DNA of 64,000 nucleotides from an uncultured bacterium (GCA_937920515.1 CALEUG010000015.1:71382-135381); one strand, 5' to 3'. Positions 8,774 through 18,801 are shown, numbered from the stretch's first letter. The notes: generated from the letters alone by a model not told the origin. A program made the numbers and translations.

Positions 8774-9325
8774 AAACGGGGGACACAATACTCATTCCCC
8801 AATTTTCAGGAATTGACTTTTGTAATTTATTGAGGCAGGTGCTTATTCACCAGGACAAAAGGAATCTGAAATGGATATTGCCGCCTTGTAATTCTCTCTT
8901 TTCAGCCGGTTCCTTCTCATTGTTAATATCAGGTTTCAGGGAAAATAAAGAAAATAAAAAGGCTCATCAGACATTTTTGCGGGTAAAAACAGGATTTTTT
9001 AAGGCACCGGGTGAGGCCTGAAGCTAAAACAAACAGAAAAGAACCCGGCTGGTCAATTATACGATTGATAAAGCAATTCAGAAGAGCCGGGCTGGATTGC
9101 CTCCGAGAAGCGTTCAGCGCCGGCAGTTTGAACTGGACTGTGAGAATAACAATTATCCAGGTTTGCCCATTAAAATCCTGTAAGCCCCGACAAAAATTTA
9201 CTCTGTGGCACAAGTTTACGTTTCCAGTTCAGCCGGGGCAGAAACTTGTTCAGGTGGAATGGAAATCGAAAAATATGACATTTTTTGATAAAAAAATTGG
9301 GGAATGAGTATTGTGTCCCCCGTTT
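8774..9325. repeat. Perfect 33-bp inverted repeats (8774-8806 / 9293-9325) flanking a ~486-bp AT-rich spacer; MITE-like or long-stem structured element
   Basis: Arm 1 is aaacgggggacacaatactcattccccaatttt; arm 2 (aaaattggggaatgagtattgtgtcccccgttt) is its exact reverse complement. The interior is AT-rich and only weak short ORFs overlap it. The element sits between the amidohydrolase stop and the SAM riboswitch. Confidence 0.6.
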
Positions 9326-9363
9326 CTATGTTCTATAATTGGGGTGGCGCTGGCGTTCTCATC

Positions 9364-9480
9364 CTCTCATCCAGAGAGGCAGAGGGTTAACGCGCCCGAA
9401 GAAGCCCGGCAACCTGCCCCCGGTGGGGCAAGGTGCCAAAAGCGTTGAGTCCTGGCTCCGGTCGGGACGAAAGATGAGAG
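9364..9480 (+). promoter_or_regulatory. SAM-I (S-box) riboswitch aptamer
   Basis: CTCTCATCcAGAGAGGCAGAGGG...GCCCGAAGAAGCCCGGCAACC...AAGGTGCCAAAAGCG...GAAAGATGAGAG matches the S-box consensus: the P1 stem CTCTCATC/GATGAGAG, the kink-turn GA, and the CCCGGCAACC and GGUGCCAA boxes. It lies 190 nt upstream of the MAT start codon. The downstream CUCCUCUC could pair with the 3' strand of P1, suggesting translational control, as there is no U-tract. Confidence 0.85.
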
Positions 9481-9669
9481 GAGTGGGGCGAAAGCGAGCA
9501 TCGCCACCAGGTCCCGCTCCTCTCGAGCAGAAGAGAGGCGCCTCGCCAGAGACAGCGGAGCGGAGACCGCGGTGGGAAGGCTGATCGTAAAGCCGGAATC
9601 ATATTACCTGCCCGAAAACTCCCGCCTGGTATCCGTCCCTGTCAATTCATGGTCTGACTGGAGGTAAGA

Positions 9670-10869
9670 ATGTCTGGATACTATTTTGAGGTCCGCGAGG
9701 GACGGGATTTTCTGGCCGAAGAGATGCCCGTGGAAATCGTGGAGCGCAAGGGCAAGGGGCATCCGGATTCGCTGTGCGACGGCGCGGCCGAAGAACTTTC
9801 GGTGGCTCTGTCTGAAATCTACCGGCAGAAGACAGGTAGAATTCTGCATCATAACGTGGACAAGGCGGTTCTGGTCGGCGGAAGTTCCAGCGCCGGGTTC
9901 GGTGGCGGAAAGGTGATTGAGCCGGCCCTGCTCTACATTGTCGGGCGGGCCACCTGCGAATACAACGGCAAAAGAATAATAGACGACGAGTCTATGAAAT
10001 ACCTTGAAACCAGGATTGCCGGCTGGATGATGGGGCAGGTGCCCCATCTGAGACAGGAACATTTCCAGGTAAAGCTCTTAATCAGGCAGGGCAGCGAGGA
10101 TTTAACCGCAATTTTCGCTGATGACGAAAAAGCGCCGCGGGCTAACGACACTTCCCTGGCCGTTGGCTACTCCCCCCTCAGCCAGCTGGAAACCCTGGTG
10201 CTGGAAACCGAGAAATTCTTGAACAGCCCGGAGGGCAAGCGCAAGTTCCCGGCCCTGGGCGAGGATATAAAGGTCATGGGTGTCCGCAAGGGCCAGTCCA
10301 TAAATCTAACCGTGGCCGCAGCCTTTGTGGCCTCGCTGGTCAAGGACAGGCCGGCTTACGACCTGATGAAAAAGGAAATAGCCGATTTTTTGCGGGCTGA
10401 ATTTGTCCGGCGTTATACATCCCGGCCGGTTGAGGTAATAATAAATAATGCCGATACTCCTGATTCGCAGTATCTAACCGTTACCGGCACCAGCGCCGAG
10501 GCCGGCGACGACGGCCAGGTGGGCCGGGGCAACCGGGCCAACGGGCTGATCACCCCCTACCGGCCGATGAGCCTGGAAGCCGTGGCCGGAAAGAACCCGG
10601 TCAGCCACGTCGGAAAGATTTACAGCATCATGAGCCAGCTGATTGCCGATAGAATAGTTCAGGCCATGCCAGAAGCCAGACAGGTCTATGTCTATATGGT
10701 CAGCCAGATAAACGAACCGATCGACGAGCCGCAGGCCCTCAACGTTGAGCTGTGGGGTCTGGAGGCGGACAGGGTCAGGGCCGAGGTCCGGAAAATTGCC
10801 GACGAAGTGCTGGGAAGCTGGCGTGAAATTCGCGATGGCTTCATGACCCACCGCTGGCCCATCTATTAA
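9670..10869 (+). CDS. Archaeal-type S-adenosylmethionine synthetase (methionine adenosyltransferase, PF01941 type)
   Basis: [53 protein letters not shown] and [51 protein letters not shown] are near-identical to the archaeal MAT signature blocks. A GGAGGT SD precedes the start. Confidence 0.9.
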   Translation: MSGYYFEVREGRDFLAEEMPVEIVERKGKGHPDSLCDGAAEELSVALSEIYRQKTGRILHHNVDKAVLVGGSSSAGFGGGKVIEPALLYIVGRATCEYNGKRIIDDESMKYLETRIAGWMMGQVPHLRQEHFQVKLLIRQGSEDLTAIFADDEKAPRANDTSLAVGYSPLSQLETLVLETEKFLNSPEGKRKFPALGEDIKVMGVRKGQSINLTVAAAFVASLVKDRPAYDLMKKEIADFLRAEFVRRYTSRPVEVIINNADTPDSQYLTVTGTSAEAGDDGQVGRGNRANGLITPYRPMSLEAVAGKNPVSHVGKIYSIMSQLIADRIVQAMPEARQVYVYMVSQINEPIDEPQALNVELWGLEADRVRAEVRKIADEVLGSWREIRDGFMTHRWPIY

Positions 10870-13193
10870 ATAAAGAGGGATTTGAGGGCTTCCACGCCGG
10901 CCAGGCCGCTGTTTACCAGGTAACACCTTACCAGGTCCAGCAGGCGGCTGAAAAACATCCGCTGCATGGCCAGTTTGTCCTCGTTCACCACCAGAAGGTG
11001 CGGGTTAAAAAACGGCTGGGTCCTGGCCGAAAGCGACCTGACCGCGCCCGAAGGCTCCCCGCTTTCCAGGATTCTTAGGGCCTCTTCCTTGCCGAGCTCC
11101 ACCACCGCCGGCGAGACCCGGTCGTTTCGCAGAATCACCAGGCTCTTGAGGTGAGTTCTCCTGGTATAGCCCTGTGGTCCGGCCAGCCAGTTAGGGTCGA
11201 GCATGGCCCGGGCTTCCCCCGAGGCCCGGAAGCAATAGGGCGCGCCCTTGTCCAGCCGGCATTCATCCTGAATCGGGCAGGTGGGGTCGGTGCAGTCCTC
11301 GCGCCTGGTAACCACATTCTCGCACTTGCTGTGGTCAAAAAGCCTGGCCAGCTTATCGTGAAGTTCAACGGTGCTGGTCGGGATGTAGAATTTTCTCTCG
11401 ACGGCGTCGGCCACTGCCCGGTTGCCCGAAAAGCGAACGAATACGATCTCGTTGCTCTGGGCCTGGACTTTCGGCAGCCTGAGCAGGTCAAAAAACAGCT
11501 CGGTCTTTTTCGTCCCGGGTTGCCCCACTAAGAACAGACCGTTTCCGTCCAGCCCGACGGCCATGCCCCGCACTGCATTTATGCCCAGGTGCTCCGAGGA
11601 ATCAAGAACCATGCCCAGGGCCAGTTTCCTCAAAGGCCCGTAATTGTCGGTGTTGACCAGGATGCCCGTCCGGGTCTCCGGGTGGTAATAAGCCCGCGGT
11701 TCTCTGCCCGGCACGTTGTCCACCGCGTAAATCACGGCGTGCGGTTCGAGCCCTGCTTCAATCTGGCCCGGGAACCAGTTTTCCACCCAGAAATCGTAAA
11801 GATGGCCGACGTTGGTCCTGAGCTGGACGATGGTTCCGTTGATGTTGGCGTTCCACTCGTAGTAGTTGTCGTAACCCAGGTGGGCTTCCATCTCGGCCAC
11901 CAGGGCGTCTCTCAGCTTGCCCTCGGCCACCACTTCCACCGGCACCGATTTTTTGACCTTCGTCACGTAATTTTGCAGATAGATTTTCTTAACCTTTTTG
12001 GCCGTCTTAAGCCGGCTCATGGCCTCGGCTATCCGGTCCATTCCCTTTTCCAGGTTTTCCATGGAGGTGGCGTAGGAAATCCGGATGTAATTGTCAGCCC
12101 CGAAAGCGTCTCCGGGAACGATGGCCACCCGGGCTTCCCGCAGCAGGTAATAGGCCAGCCCGTAGGAATTCCTGATCTGAATGCCTCCGGCCTCTTTGCC
12201 GTAGTAGGAACTCACGTTTGGGAACAGGTAAAAAGCGCCCTGGGGCTTGAAGCAGGAAATTCCCGGAATTTGCTGCAGCCTCATCAGCACGTAGTTCCGC
12301 CTTCTCTGGAACTCGGCGGCCATGCGGTTAACTTCATACTGCGGCCCGGCCAGGGCTTCGACGCTGGCTTTCTGCGATATGGAGCAGGCGTTGGAAGTGG
12401 TGTGGCTCTGGATCTTGCTCATGGCGCTGATGATCTCGGCCGGCCCGGCCGCATAGCCTATTCTCCAGCCGGTCATGGAGTAGCTCTTGGAAACGCCGTT
12501 GACAATGATGGTCTTCTTTTTCAGGTCTTCGCCCAGGGAGGCAAAGCTCACAAACTGAAACCCGTCGTAGACCAGGCGGCTGTAGATCTCGTCGGCAATG
12601 ATGTAAATATCTTCTTTGCGGAGGACCTCGGCCAGGGCCAGAAGCTGCTCCCTGGTGTATGTGGCCCCGGTCGGGTTGCTGGGATTGTTCAGAACCAGAG
12701 CCCGGGTCGACGGGGAGATTGCGGCCTTCAGCTGCTCGGGAGTGAGCAAGAAGCCGTCCTCCTCCCGCGTGTCCACTATAACCGGCTTGCCCTTGGCCAG
12801 GTTCACGCACTCGGGATAGGTTACCCAGTATGGGGCCGGGATGATGACCTCGTCGCCTTCGTTGACGATGGCCTGAACCAGGTGGTAAAGGGAGCTCTTG
12901 GCCCCGCTGGAGACCAGGACTTCGTTGGGCTTGTAGTCCAGCCCGTAATCTTCCTTGAGCCTTTTACAGACCGCTTTTCTCAGCTCCGGGATACCGTCGT
13001 TTTCGGTGTACTTGGTGAAATTCTGCTCAATGGCTTTGACCGCCGCCGCCTTGACGTTTTCCGGAGTCGGGAAATCGGGTTCGCCCACGCTTAAATCAAT
13101 AACATCGATGCCCTCGGCCTTCATGGACCTGGCCTTGGCCGAAATCTTTAAGGTGGGAGAAGCTCCTATTTTGATTACTCTTTCTGAAACCAT
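10866..13193 (-). CDS. Fusion protein: class-I PLP aspartate/aromatic aminotransferase (aa 1-~395) plus a ~380-aa C-terminal domain with an HprK/PSRP-like P-loop and a Cys cluster
   Basis: The N-terminal half has SKSYSMTGWRIGY (Lys-PLP region) and the typical AspC layout. The C-terminal half contains RGMAVGLDGNGLFLVGQPGTKKTELFFDLL, which parallels the HprK core ...GVGVLITGDSGxGKSExxLEL, with the second Gly replaced by Lys. It also carries CENVVTRREDCTDPTCPIQDECRLDKGAPYC. The 3' end overlaps the convergent MAT gene by 4 nt. Confidence 0.75.
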   Translation of the reverse strand: MVSERVIKIGASPTLKISAKARSMKAEGIDVIDLSVGEPDFPTPENVKAAAVKAIEQNFTKYTENDGIPELRKAVCKRLKEDYGLDYKPNEVLVSSGAKSSLYHLVQAIVNEGDEVIIPAPYWVTYPECVNLAKGKPVIVDTREEDGFLLTPEQLKAAISPSTRALVLNNPSNPTGATYTREQLLALAEVLRKEDIYIIADEIYSRLVYDGFQFVSFASLGEDLKKKTIIVNGVSKSYSMTGWRIGYAAGPAEIISAMSKIQSHTTSNACSISQKASVEALAGPQYEVNRMAAEFQRRRNYVLMRLQQIPGISCFKPQGAFYLFPNVSSYYGKEAGGIQIRNSYGLAYYLLREARVAIVPGDAFGADNYIRISYATSMENLEKGMDRIAEAMSRLKTAKKVKKIYLQNYVTKVKKSVPVEVVAEGKLRDALVAEMEAHLGYDNYYEWNANINGTIVQLRTNVGHLYDFWVENWFPGQIEAGLEPHAVIYAVDNVPGREPRAYYHPETRTGILVNTDNYGPLRKLALGMVLDSSEHLGINAVRGMAVGLDGNGLFLVGQPGTKKTELFFDLLRLPKVQAQSNEIVFVRFSGNRAVADAVERKFYIPTSTVELHDKLARLFDHSKCENVVTRREDCTDPTCPIQDECRLDKGAPYCFRASGEARAMLDPNWLAGPQGYTRRTHLKSLVILRNDRVSPAVVELGKEEALRILESGEPSGAVRSLSARTQPFFNPHLLVVNEDKLAMQRMFFSRLLDLVRCYLVNSGLAGVEALKSLFI

Positions 13194-13223
13194 GGCTTGC
13201 CTGCTTTTCCGGGATTATTTATT

Positions 13224-14651
13224 CTAGGATTTCTTTTCCTGAGGCTCGGGCCTGGCTTCGGTGGCAGAACCCAGTTTATCCCTCAGAAACCTGGTCAGGT
13301 CGGCCCCGGTCAGGGCCTTGAGCACTTCTGGCATCTGGGCCAGGACCTGGGTTACCTGGCCGGTAATCTGGTTGGTGCCCAGCCCCTTATCGCCTCCAAT
13401 GACCACGATTTTGTCCACCCTGGCCAGCGGTTCAGCCACGGCCCGGGCCAGCTCGGGCAGCACCTTGATGAAGCTTTCCAGCAGGGCGGCTTCGTTGTAC
13501 CTTTCCCAGGCCTGGGCTTTTTTCAGCATGGCCTCGGCCTCGGCCAGTCCGCGCAGCTTTATTTCATCTGCCTTGACCATGGCTTCAAGCTTCATGGCTT
13601 CGGCCTTGCCCTTGCCTTCGGCCATCAGCCGGATTTCTTCGGCCTCGGCTTCGGCCTGGATCTGGTACCTGCGGGCATCAGCCGGCTTCAGGACGTTGGC
13701 TTCCAGTTCTTTTTCCTTGCGTTTGATTTCCAGCTCTTCAATCTTGATGGCCTCTTCCTTTTCAATCTGTTTAACCCTGGCTTCTTCTTTCTTTATCTCC
13801 TGGCTGACCCGGGTGCGTTCCAGCTCATAGGAAAAATCGGCCTGGGCTTTTTTCTGGTTAACGAAGGTCTGGGACTCGGCTTTCTTGGCTTCGTTTTCCC
13901 ACTGGGCCCTGGCAATCTGGGCTTCCGCCTGCAGCCTGGCCACTTCGGCTTCTTTCCTGGCCTGGGACGACTTGATGATGGCTTCTTTCTCGGTTTCGGC
14001 CTGGGCGATGGCCGCATCCCTCTTGGCCGCGGCGATGACCGGCTTGCTCAGGGCGTCGATGTAGCCCTGGGTGTCGCTGATGTCTTTAAGAGAAAAGCTC
14101 AGAAGCACCAGGCCCATGCTGGCAAAATCTTCCTTGGCTGCCTGGACTACCCGTCTGGAAAATTCCTGCCGGCCGCGGTAGATTTCCTCGACCGTCATGG
14201 TCCCGATAACTTCCCGGACCTTGCCCTCCAGGACATTCATGGCCACGTCCCGGATACCTTCCTTGCCAGTGCCCAGGAATTGTTCGGCGGCCAGCCTTAT
14301 GGCCAGGTCGGTGGAATCCACCTTGACCTGGGCCGAGGCTTCGGCCAGGATGGGGATACCGCCGTGGGTCAGGACTTCCGGCGTCTTGATGTAAATGGTA
14401 ATGACTTCGAGGGGCAGGGTGTAGACTTTTTCTATGAACGGCCAGACAAAGGTACCGCCGCCCAGTTTATATCTATAGCCAACTTTCTTTTTCGTGCCGT
14501 CGGGCAGGGTTATGGTTCTCTTACGGCCTCCGGCGATGATCAGGGCTTCGTTCGGCCCGACCTTCCGGTATTGAGTGGCAAGGACCACTCCGATTATGGC
14601 CAGAAAAACGACTACGGCGCCGATAATTATTAGCCAGGTGGTTAAAGGCAT
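13224..14651 (-). CDS. Flotillin / SPFH (band-7) domain protein
   Basis: N-terminal TM segment, an SPFH core, and a long Ala/Glu-rich coiled-coil (EA repeats) characteristic of FloT/YqiK flotillins. Confidence 0.8.
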   Translation of the reverse strand: MPLTTWLIIIGAVVVFLAIIGVVLATQYRKVGPNEALIIAGGRKRTITLPDGTKKKVGYRYKLGGGTFVWPFIEKVYTLPLEVITIYIKTPEVLTHGGIPILAEASAQVKVDSTDLAIRLAAEQFLGTGKEGIRDVAMNVLEGKVREVIGTMTVEEIYRGRQEFSRRVVQAAKEDFASMGLVLLSFSLKDISDTQGYIDALSKPVIAAAKRDAAIAQAETEKEAIIKSSQARKEAEVARLQAEAQIARAQWENEAKKAESQTFVNQKKAQADFSYELERTRVSQEIKKEEARVKQIEKEEAIKIEELEIKRKEKELEANVLKPADARRYQIQAEAEAEEIRLMAEGKGKAEAMKLEAMVKADEIKLRGLAEAEAMLKKAQAWERYNEAALLESFIKVLPELARAVAEPLARVDKIVVIGGDKGLGTNQITGQVTQVLAQMPEVLKALTGADLTRFLRDKLGSATEARPEPQEKKS

Positions 14652-15309
14652 GATAACCTCCCTACAGTTATGATTATTTTATTAAAAATTCGGGGACGGG
14701 CCTGAGACAGGGCATAACCCGACCGGAGAAAAAAGAAACACCTGCACTTCCGGTCATGGTCTTCTGACTTACCCTTCTCAGGTTATCTTGAAAGGTCTTT
14801 TTTTTCAAGGAAAGATATTAATTCTTCCCATAATTAAAGTCAAGACAAATTTGGCTCGTGTCCGTAGCCCGTTCTTTCGGCAAGATTGCCGGAACGACCC
14901 GGGTCGACCTGGGTATCAGTGAGGTCGATAGCTGGTCCCCGGCTTTTTTGAAGGGTGGGCAGGTTGTCCGCAGGCCTGGCCAGGATTCTTCTGAAATCTT
15001 TAGACAGGATAAATCCGGTTGTGGGGCTTGTAAGAATTTAGGCGACAGAAGAAAGACATCAAACTTAATTTCTTCTTCGGCCTTTTATTTCCCAAAAAAT
15101 TATCGTGACAACAAATGTACATTTTTATACGAATTTTAAACGAAAACCGCTTGATTTTATCTGTATTTTTTTTAATAATCAGCAAAAATAGCCCGGCCTG
15201 GACTGTATAGGGCCAGGTCGGTCATTGAGAAGAATAGAAGAATTTCGGTAGACTGGCATCGTTTGGCCGGGCCAGGCACCGGCAGAAATAGCGAGGGCTG
15301 AGGAGAAAA

Positions 15310-16704
15310 TTGAAAGAACGAAACAAAATCAGCGAGAGAAAAATACTATTCGAGCTCAAAGAAGACCTGTGCCGGCTGCTGGTGGAAGAGTCGGCAGATG
15401 GGGTCTGTGTGCTGACGGGTGGAAAGGTTGAGTATTGCAACTCTGCTTTTCTTGACCTTCTGGGTTTTAAAGAGGAAGAAATCAGGGCCGAGGGAGCGGA
15501 AATCCTGTGGCGAGACCTGCAGCCGGCAGACCGGAAGAGGATTGAAGACTGGAACAGTAATAAAAGAGATTTTCAGGCCCCTCTTTCCCCGGGACCATTC
15601 GGGCTTATCTCCAGGTCCGGCCGGAGCCTTGCCCTGAGTCTGAATGCAGTTCGGGGCAATAATAAACGCACAATTATCCTGGCCCGGGATATAACCGAGC
15701 TTACCAATTATCATCTCCGCCTTCGGGAGAAGGAAAAAATTCTGGCAGGCATGATTGATGAGGCCAGTACCCCGGTCTTTGTCGTTCAGGATGGCATAAT
15801 TCGGTTTGCGAATAAAGTTGTGTTCGATGTTTTTGGCTACAGTCCGGAAGAACTGATCGGAACAGGTATTGACCGGTACCTGACAGAAGAAGAAAGAGAA
15901 GAGATACTGGAACTCTATCGGGAAAGGCTTTCCGAAAAACCGATCAAGAAAAGATTGGAAATGGCCCTGAAGCACAGGAATGGACGCACGGTTGTGGTGG
16001 AACTTGAGGTTAACCTGGTCTCTTATGATGGATCTCCGGCCGAGATAGTTATCATGCATGATATTACCGCCAGAAAAGAAATGGAAACCTTTCAGGTCCA
16101 GGCCCTGGACAAAATCAGGGCGGCCTTCGGCGCCACCATCCGGATTCTGAATAAACTGGTCGAGGCCAAGGATCCCTACACCGGCGGACATCAGAAGAGG
16201 GTGGCCGACCTGGCGAGGGCTATCGCCACGGAAATGAAATTATCACCAGAACAGGTGGACGGGCTAAGGCTGGCCGCCGAGATTCATGACATCGGGAAGA
16301 TAATCGTGCCATCGGAAATACTCAGCAAGCCGGGCCTGATCAGTGAAAGCGAGTGGGGGCTGGTGAAGAATCACGTTAATATTGGCTATGAATTACTCAG
16401 GGATATAGAATTTCCCTGGCCGGTGGCCGAGATAATTTACCAGCATCATGAAAGGTTGAATGGCTCGGGTTACCCCCGGGGACTTAAAGGCGAACAGATA
16501 GTCATCGAAGCCCGCATACTGGCCGTGGCCGATGTGGTGGAGGCCATGTCTTCCCATCGTCCTTACCGGGAAGCTCATTCCATTGAAGATACAATGGCCG
16601 AAATTGAAAAGAATAAGGGAATTCTATACGACGAAAAAGTGGTGGAAGTATGCCTCGAATTGTTCAGAAAAAAGGCCTATAACTTTAACTTTAATAGGCG
16701 ATAA
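15310..16704 (+). CDS. PAS-domain HD-GYP phosphodiesterase (c-di-GMP)
   Basis: Two PAS-like segments, then an HD domain (HDIGKIIVP, HHERLNGSGYPRGL = HD...GYP). Confidence 0.8.
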   Translation: MKERNKISERKILFELKEDLCRLLVEESADGVCVLTGGKVEYCNSAFLDLLGFKEEEIRAEGAEILWRDLQPADRKRIEDWNSNKRDFQAPLSPGPFGLISRSGRSLALSLNAVRGNNKRTIILARDITELTNYHLRLREKEKILAGMIDEASTPVFVVQDGIIRFANKVVFDVFGYSPEELIGTGIDRYLTEEEREEILELYRERLSEKPIKKRLEMALKHRNGRTVVVELEVNLVSYDGSPAEIVIMHDITARKEMETFQVQALDKIRAAFGATIRILNKLVEAKDPYTGGHQKRVADLARAIATEMKLSPEQVDGLRLAAEIHDIGKIIVPSEILSKPGLISESEWGLVKNHVNIGYELLRDIEFPWPVAEIIYQHHERLNGSGYPRGLKGEQIVIEARILAVADVVEAMSSHRPYREAHSIEDTMAEIEKNKGILYDEKVVEVCLELFRKKAYNFNFNRR

Positions 16705-17479
16705 AGACGGGGTGGATTTTCTTGAGAACAGCCCGCTGAGCGGCCAGAATTTCTTTCAGTCCCCTGTCGGCCAGTTTCAGAAGCTGATTTAGCTCCTGCC
16801 GCGAAAAGGCGATTTTCTCGGCCGCGGCCTGCACCTCCACCAGGCGGCCGTCGTCGGTCTGGATGACGTTCATGTCAACCTCGGCCTGAGAGTCTTCCAG
16901 GTAATCCAGGTCAAGGAGTCGCTGGCCTTCGACCAGCCCGACGCTGACCGCGGCCACCAGGTGACGGAGTGGAAAAGTCTGAAGAAAGCCCTCGTCCAGC
17001 AGCTTCTTGAAGCACATGGCCAGGGCGATACAGCCGGCGTTGACTGAAGCTGTCCTGGTCCCGCCGTCAGCCTGGATGACGTCGCAATCTATGATGATGG
17101 TCCTTTCACCGATGAGGGTCAGGTCGGTGGTCATCCTCAGGGCCCGGCCGATAAGGCGCTGGATTTCCTGGGTACGGCCGGAAATTTTTCCCTGGGTTCT
17201 TTCCCTGGGAGTTCTTTTTTCGGTCGACCTGGGAAGCATGGAATATTCGGCTGTTATCCAGCCGGAACCGGTACCCTTCAGGAACTGCGGCACTTTTTCT
17301 TCTATGGTAGCGGTAGCCACCACCCTGGTTTTACCCATTTCCAGGTAGGCCGAGCCTTCGGCAAACTCCATGTAGTCAGGCTTGATGACTAAGGCCCGTA
17401 GCTCGTCGCAGGCCCGGCCGGAAGGCCTCTTGAAAAGCTGCTTCTTAACGGGCTCCTTGCCGGCTTTCTTTCTGCTCAC
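16691..17479 (-). CDS. rph: Ribonuclease PH
   Basis: RPRERTQGKISGRTQEIQRLIGRALR...IIDCDVIQADGGTRTASVNAG is diagnostic for RNase PH. Confidence 0.9.
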   Translation of the reverse strand: MSRKKAGKEPVKKQLFKRPSGRACDELRALVIKPDYMEFAEGSAYLEMGKTRVVATATIEEKVPQFLKGTGSGWITAEYSMLPRSTEKRTPRERTQGKISGRTQEIQRLIGRALRMTTDLTLIGERTIIIDCDVIQADGGTRTASVNAGCIALAMCFKKLLDEGFLQTFPLRHLVAAVSVGLVEGQRLLDLDYLEDSQAEVDMNVIQTDDGRLVEVQAAAEKIAFSRQELNQLLKLADRGLKEILAAQRAVLKKIHPVFIAY

Positions 17480-17895
17480 CTTTTACTCCTTAAAACCTTA
17501 AAACGAGGGAATTCTGTTATTCTAATGATATGCTATAAAGGCTGGCTTTTCAACGGCCGGCTTTATGCCGGGCTGGAACTTTAAGTCTTTAAGTATCGAC
17601 GATGAATGTGTTGTCTGCTGATTCCATTTCAGAATTAATTAGAGCTGGAATCATTGAGATATCCGGTGGAGACGGCAAAAATGGCCTGGGCAGTGGTTTG
17701 CGCACCCGACCGGTTCCCGGGTTGGAGTCAGGGAGTCGGCCCGGAGCTGAACCGGTATGCTCCGTTTGAGGGACTACTGCTATGTCCGTTACATTTAACT
17801 AATTTTTTTCACGAGATGCTCTCTGTTGACCCGGATGCCTGGAGTCCTGACCCTAAAAGGGTCGTCTTTGATAAAGAAACTATCTTCAATTATAA

Positions 17896-18801
17896 TTGTT
17901 AATTAAATCGCGGACCGCTGAGATGAAGCATATTATTATCAGGGATCAATCCTATTTTTTCCCCGCCTCTCTGCTGGTAGTTTTTCTATTTCTCTTGCTG
18001 CCTGGTTGTATCGAGAGGCAGCCGGTCAGAGGGCTGGCGATAAATGCCATTTTTTCAGACCGCGTGCTGACCGATGACCTGGTGACCGGTTTAAAGGTCA
18101 AGTATATCACCACCGCTCATTTCCAGCCTTTCGACCGGAACTACCGGGTTGTGGCCGAGGCGGCCTGGCAGGACAGGATCCTTTTCAGAGAAAACCTTGA
18201 ACCTGAGACGCCCCCTCTTAAATGGCAGGCCAGCCGGGTCTACGAGGTTGAAGAATATATCTACATCCCATCGGTCATAGACCCGTTTGACCGACGGCAG
18301 GCTTCCGGTCTGAGGATAGAATTCAGGATAATTCTGGAAAGTGACCGGGGGAGCGAACCGATTACACTCTATTCCAGGAAAATCAGGTTGCTGCCCCGTC
18401 CGGCTGACTCACCTGATGTCGTTTTCTGGGACGGCTGGAGAAGGGTTATCAGGCTGGCTGCCGGCTCGGGAAGGCCTTTGAGCGAATACTGGACCGGGGA
18501 GAGGGCCGTCTGTCTCCTGAAAAATACGGGTCGGCCGGCCATTCTGATGATAAAAGGAAAAAATTATTCAGACCGGGTCACCGTTTCTCTGTACCTGGAT
18601 GACGGCCTGTTTAACGAGTTCAATCTGGGGCCCGGGGAATTTCGGAAAATATTCACGGCTGGACCTTTCCCGCTGGCCTCCGACCCGGAGTTGCGTTTAA
18701 CAATTGCAGTGGATAAAACCATTCCCCTGAACCAGGTCTACCCGGAGGCCGGGGAAAATCCACAGGTCGGACTTAATATTGAAAAAGTATATTTTCGCTG
18801 A
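17896..18801 (+). CDS. Hypothetical exported/lipoprotein-like protein
   Basis: 301 aa with a hydrophobic N-terminus (LLVVFLFLLLPGC) and no recognisable catalytic motifs. Confidence 0.4.
   Translation: MLIKSRTAEMKHIIIRDQSYFFPASLLVVFLFLLLPGCIERQPVRGLAINAIFSDRVLTDDLVTGLKVKYITTAHFQPFDRNYRVVAEAAWQDRILFRENLEPETPPLKWQASRVYEVEEYIYIPSVIDPFDRRQASGLRIEFRIILESDRGSEPITLYSRKIRLLPRPADSPDVVFWDGWRRVIRLAAGSGRPLSEYWTGERAVCLLKNTGRPAILMIKGKNYSDRVTVSLYLDDGLFNEFNLGPGEFRKIFTAGPFPLASDPELRLTIAVDKTIPLNQVYPEAGENPQVGLNIEKVYFR

Noticed and set aside
8830-9307. Three short ORFs (63, 94 and 98 aa) inside the IR-flanked insert
   Set aside because: No recognisable domains, no RBS, atypical composition. More likely non-coding, so they are not called as genes.
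9339-10062. Small ORFs 9339..9584 (+), 9387..9602 (-), 9604..10062 (-)
   Set aside because: They overlap the SAM-I riboswitch aptamer/expression platform and the 5' end of the MAT gene, and have no coding signal or motifs.
11589-13094. 501-aa plus-strand ORF
   Set aside because: It is an antisense shadow of the aminotransferase-fusion gene. The translation is low-complexity and Gly/Val/Leu-rich with no motifs, whereas the minus strand gives a textbook PLP aminotransferase.
13197-14633. 478-aa plus-strand ORF
   Set aside because: It is a shadow of the flotillin gene on the minus strand. The translation is a Gly/Phe/Leu-rich artefact of the EA-repeat coiled-coil codons.
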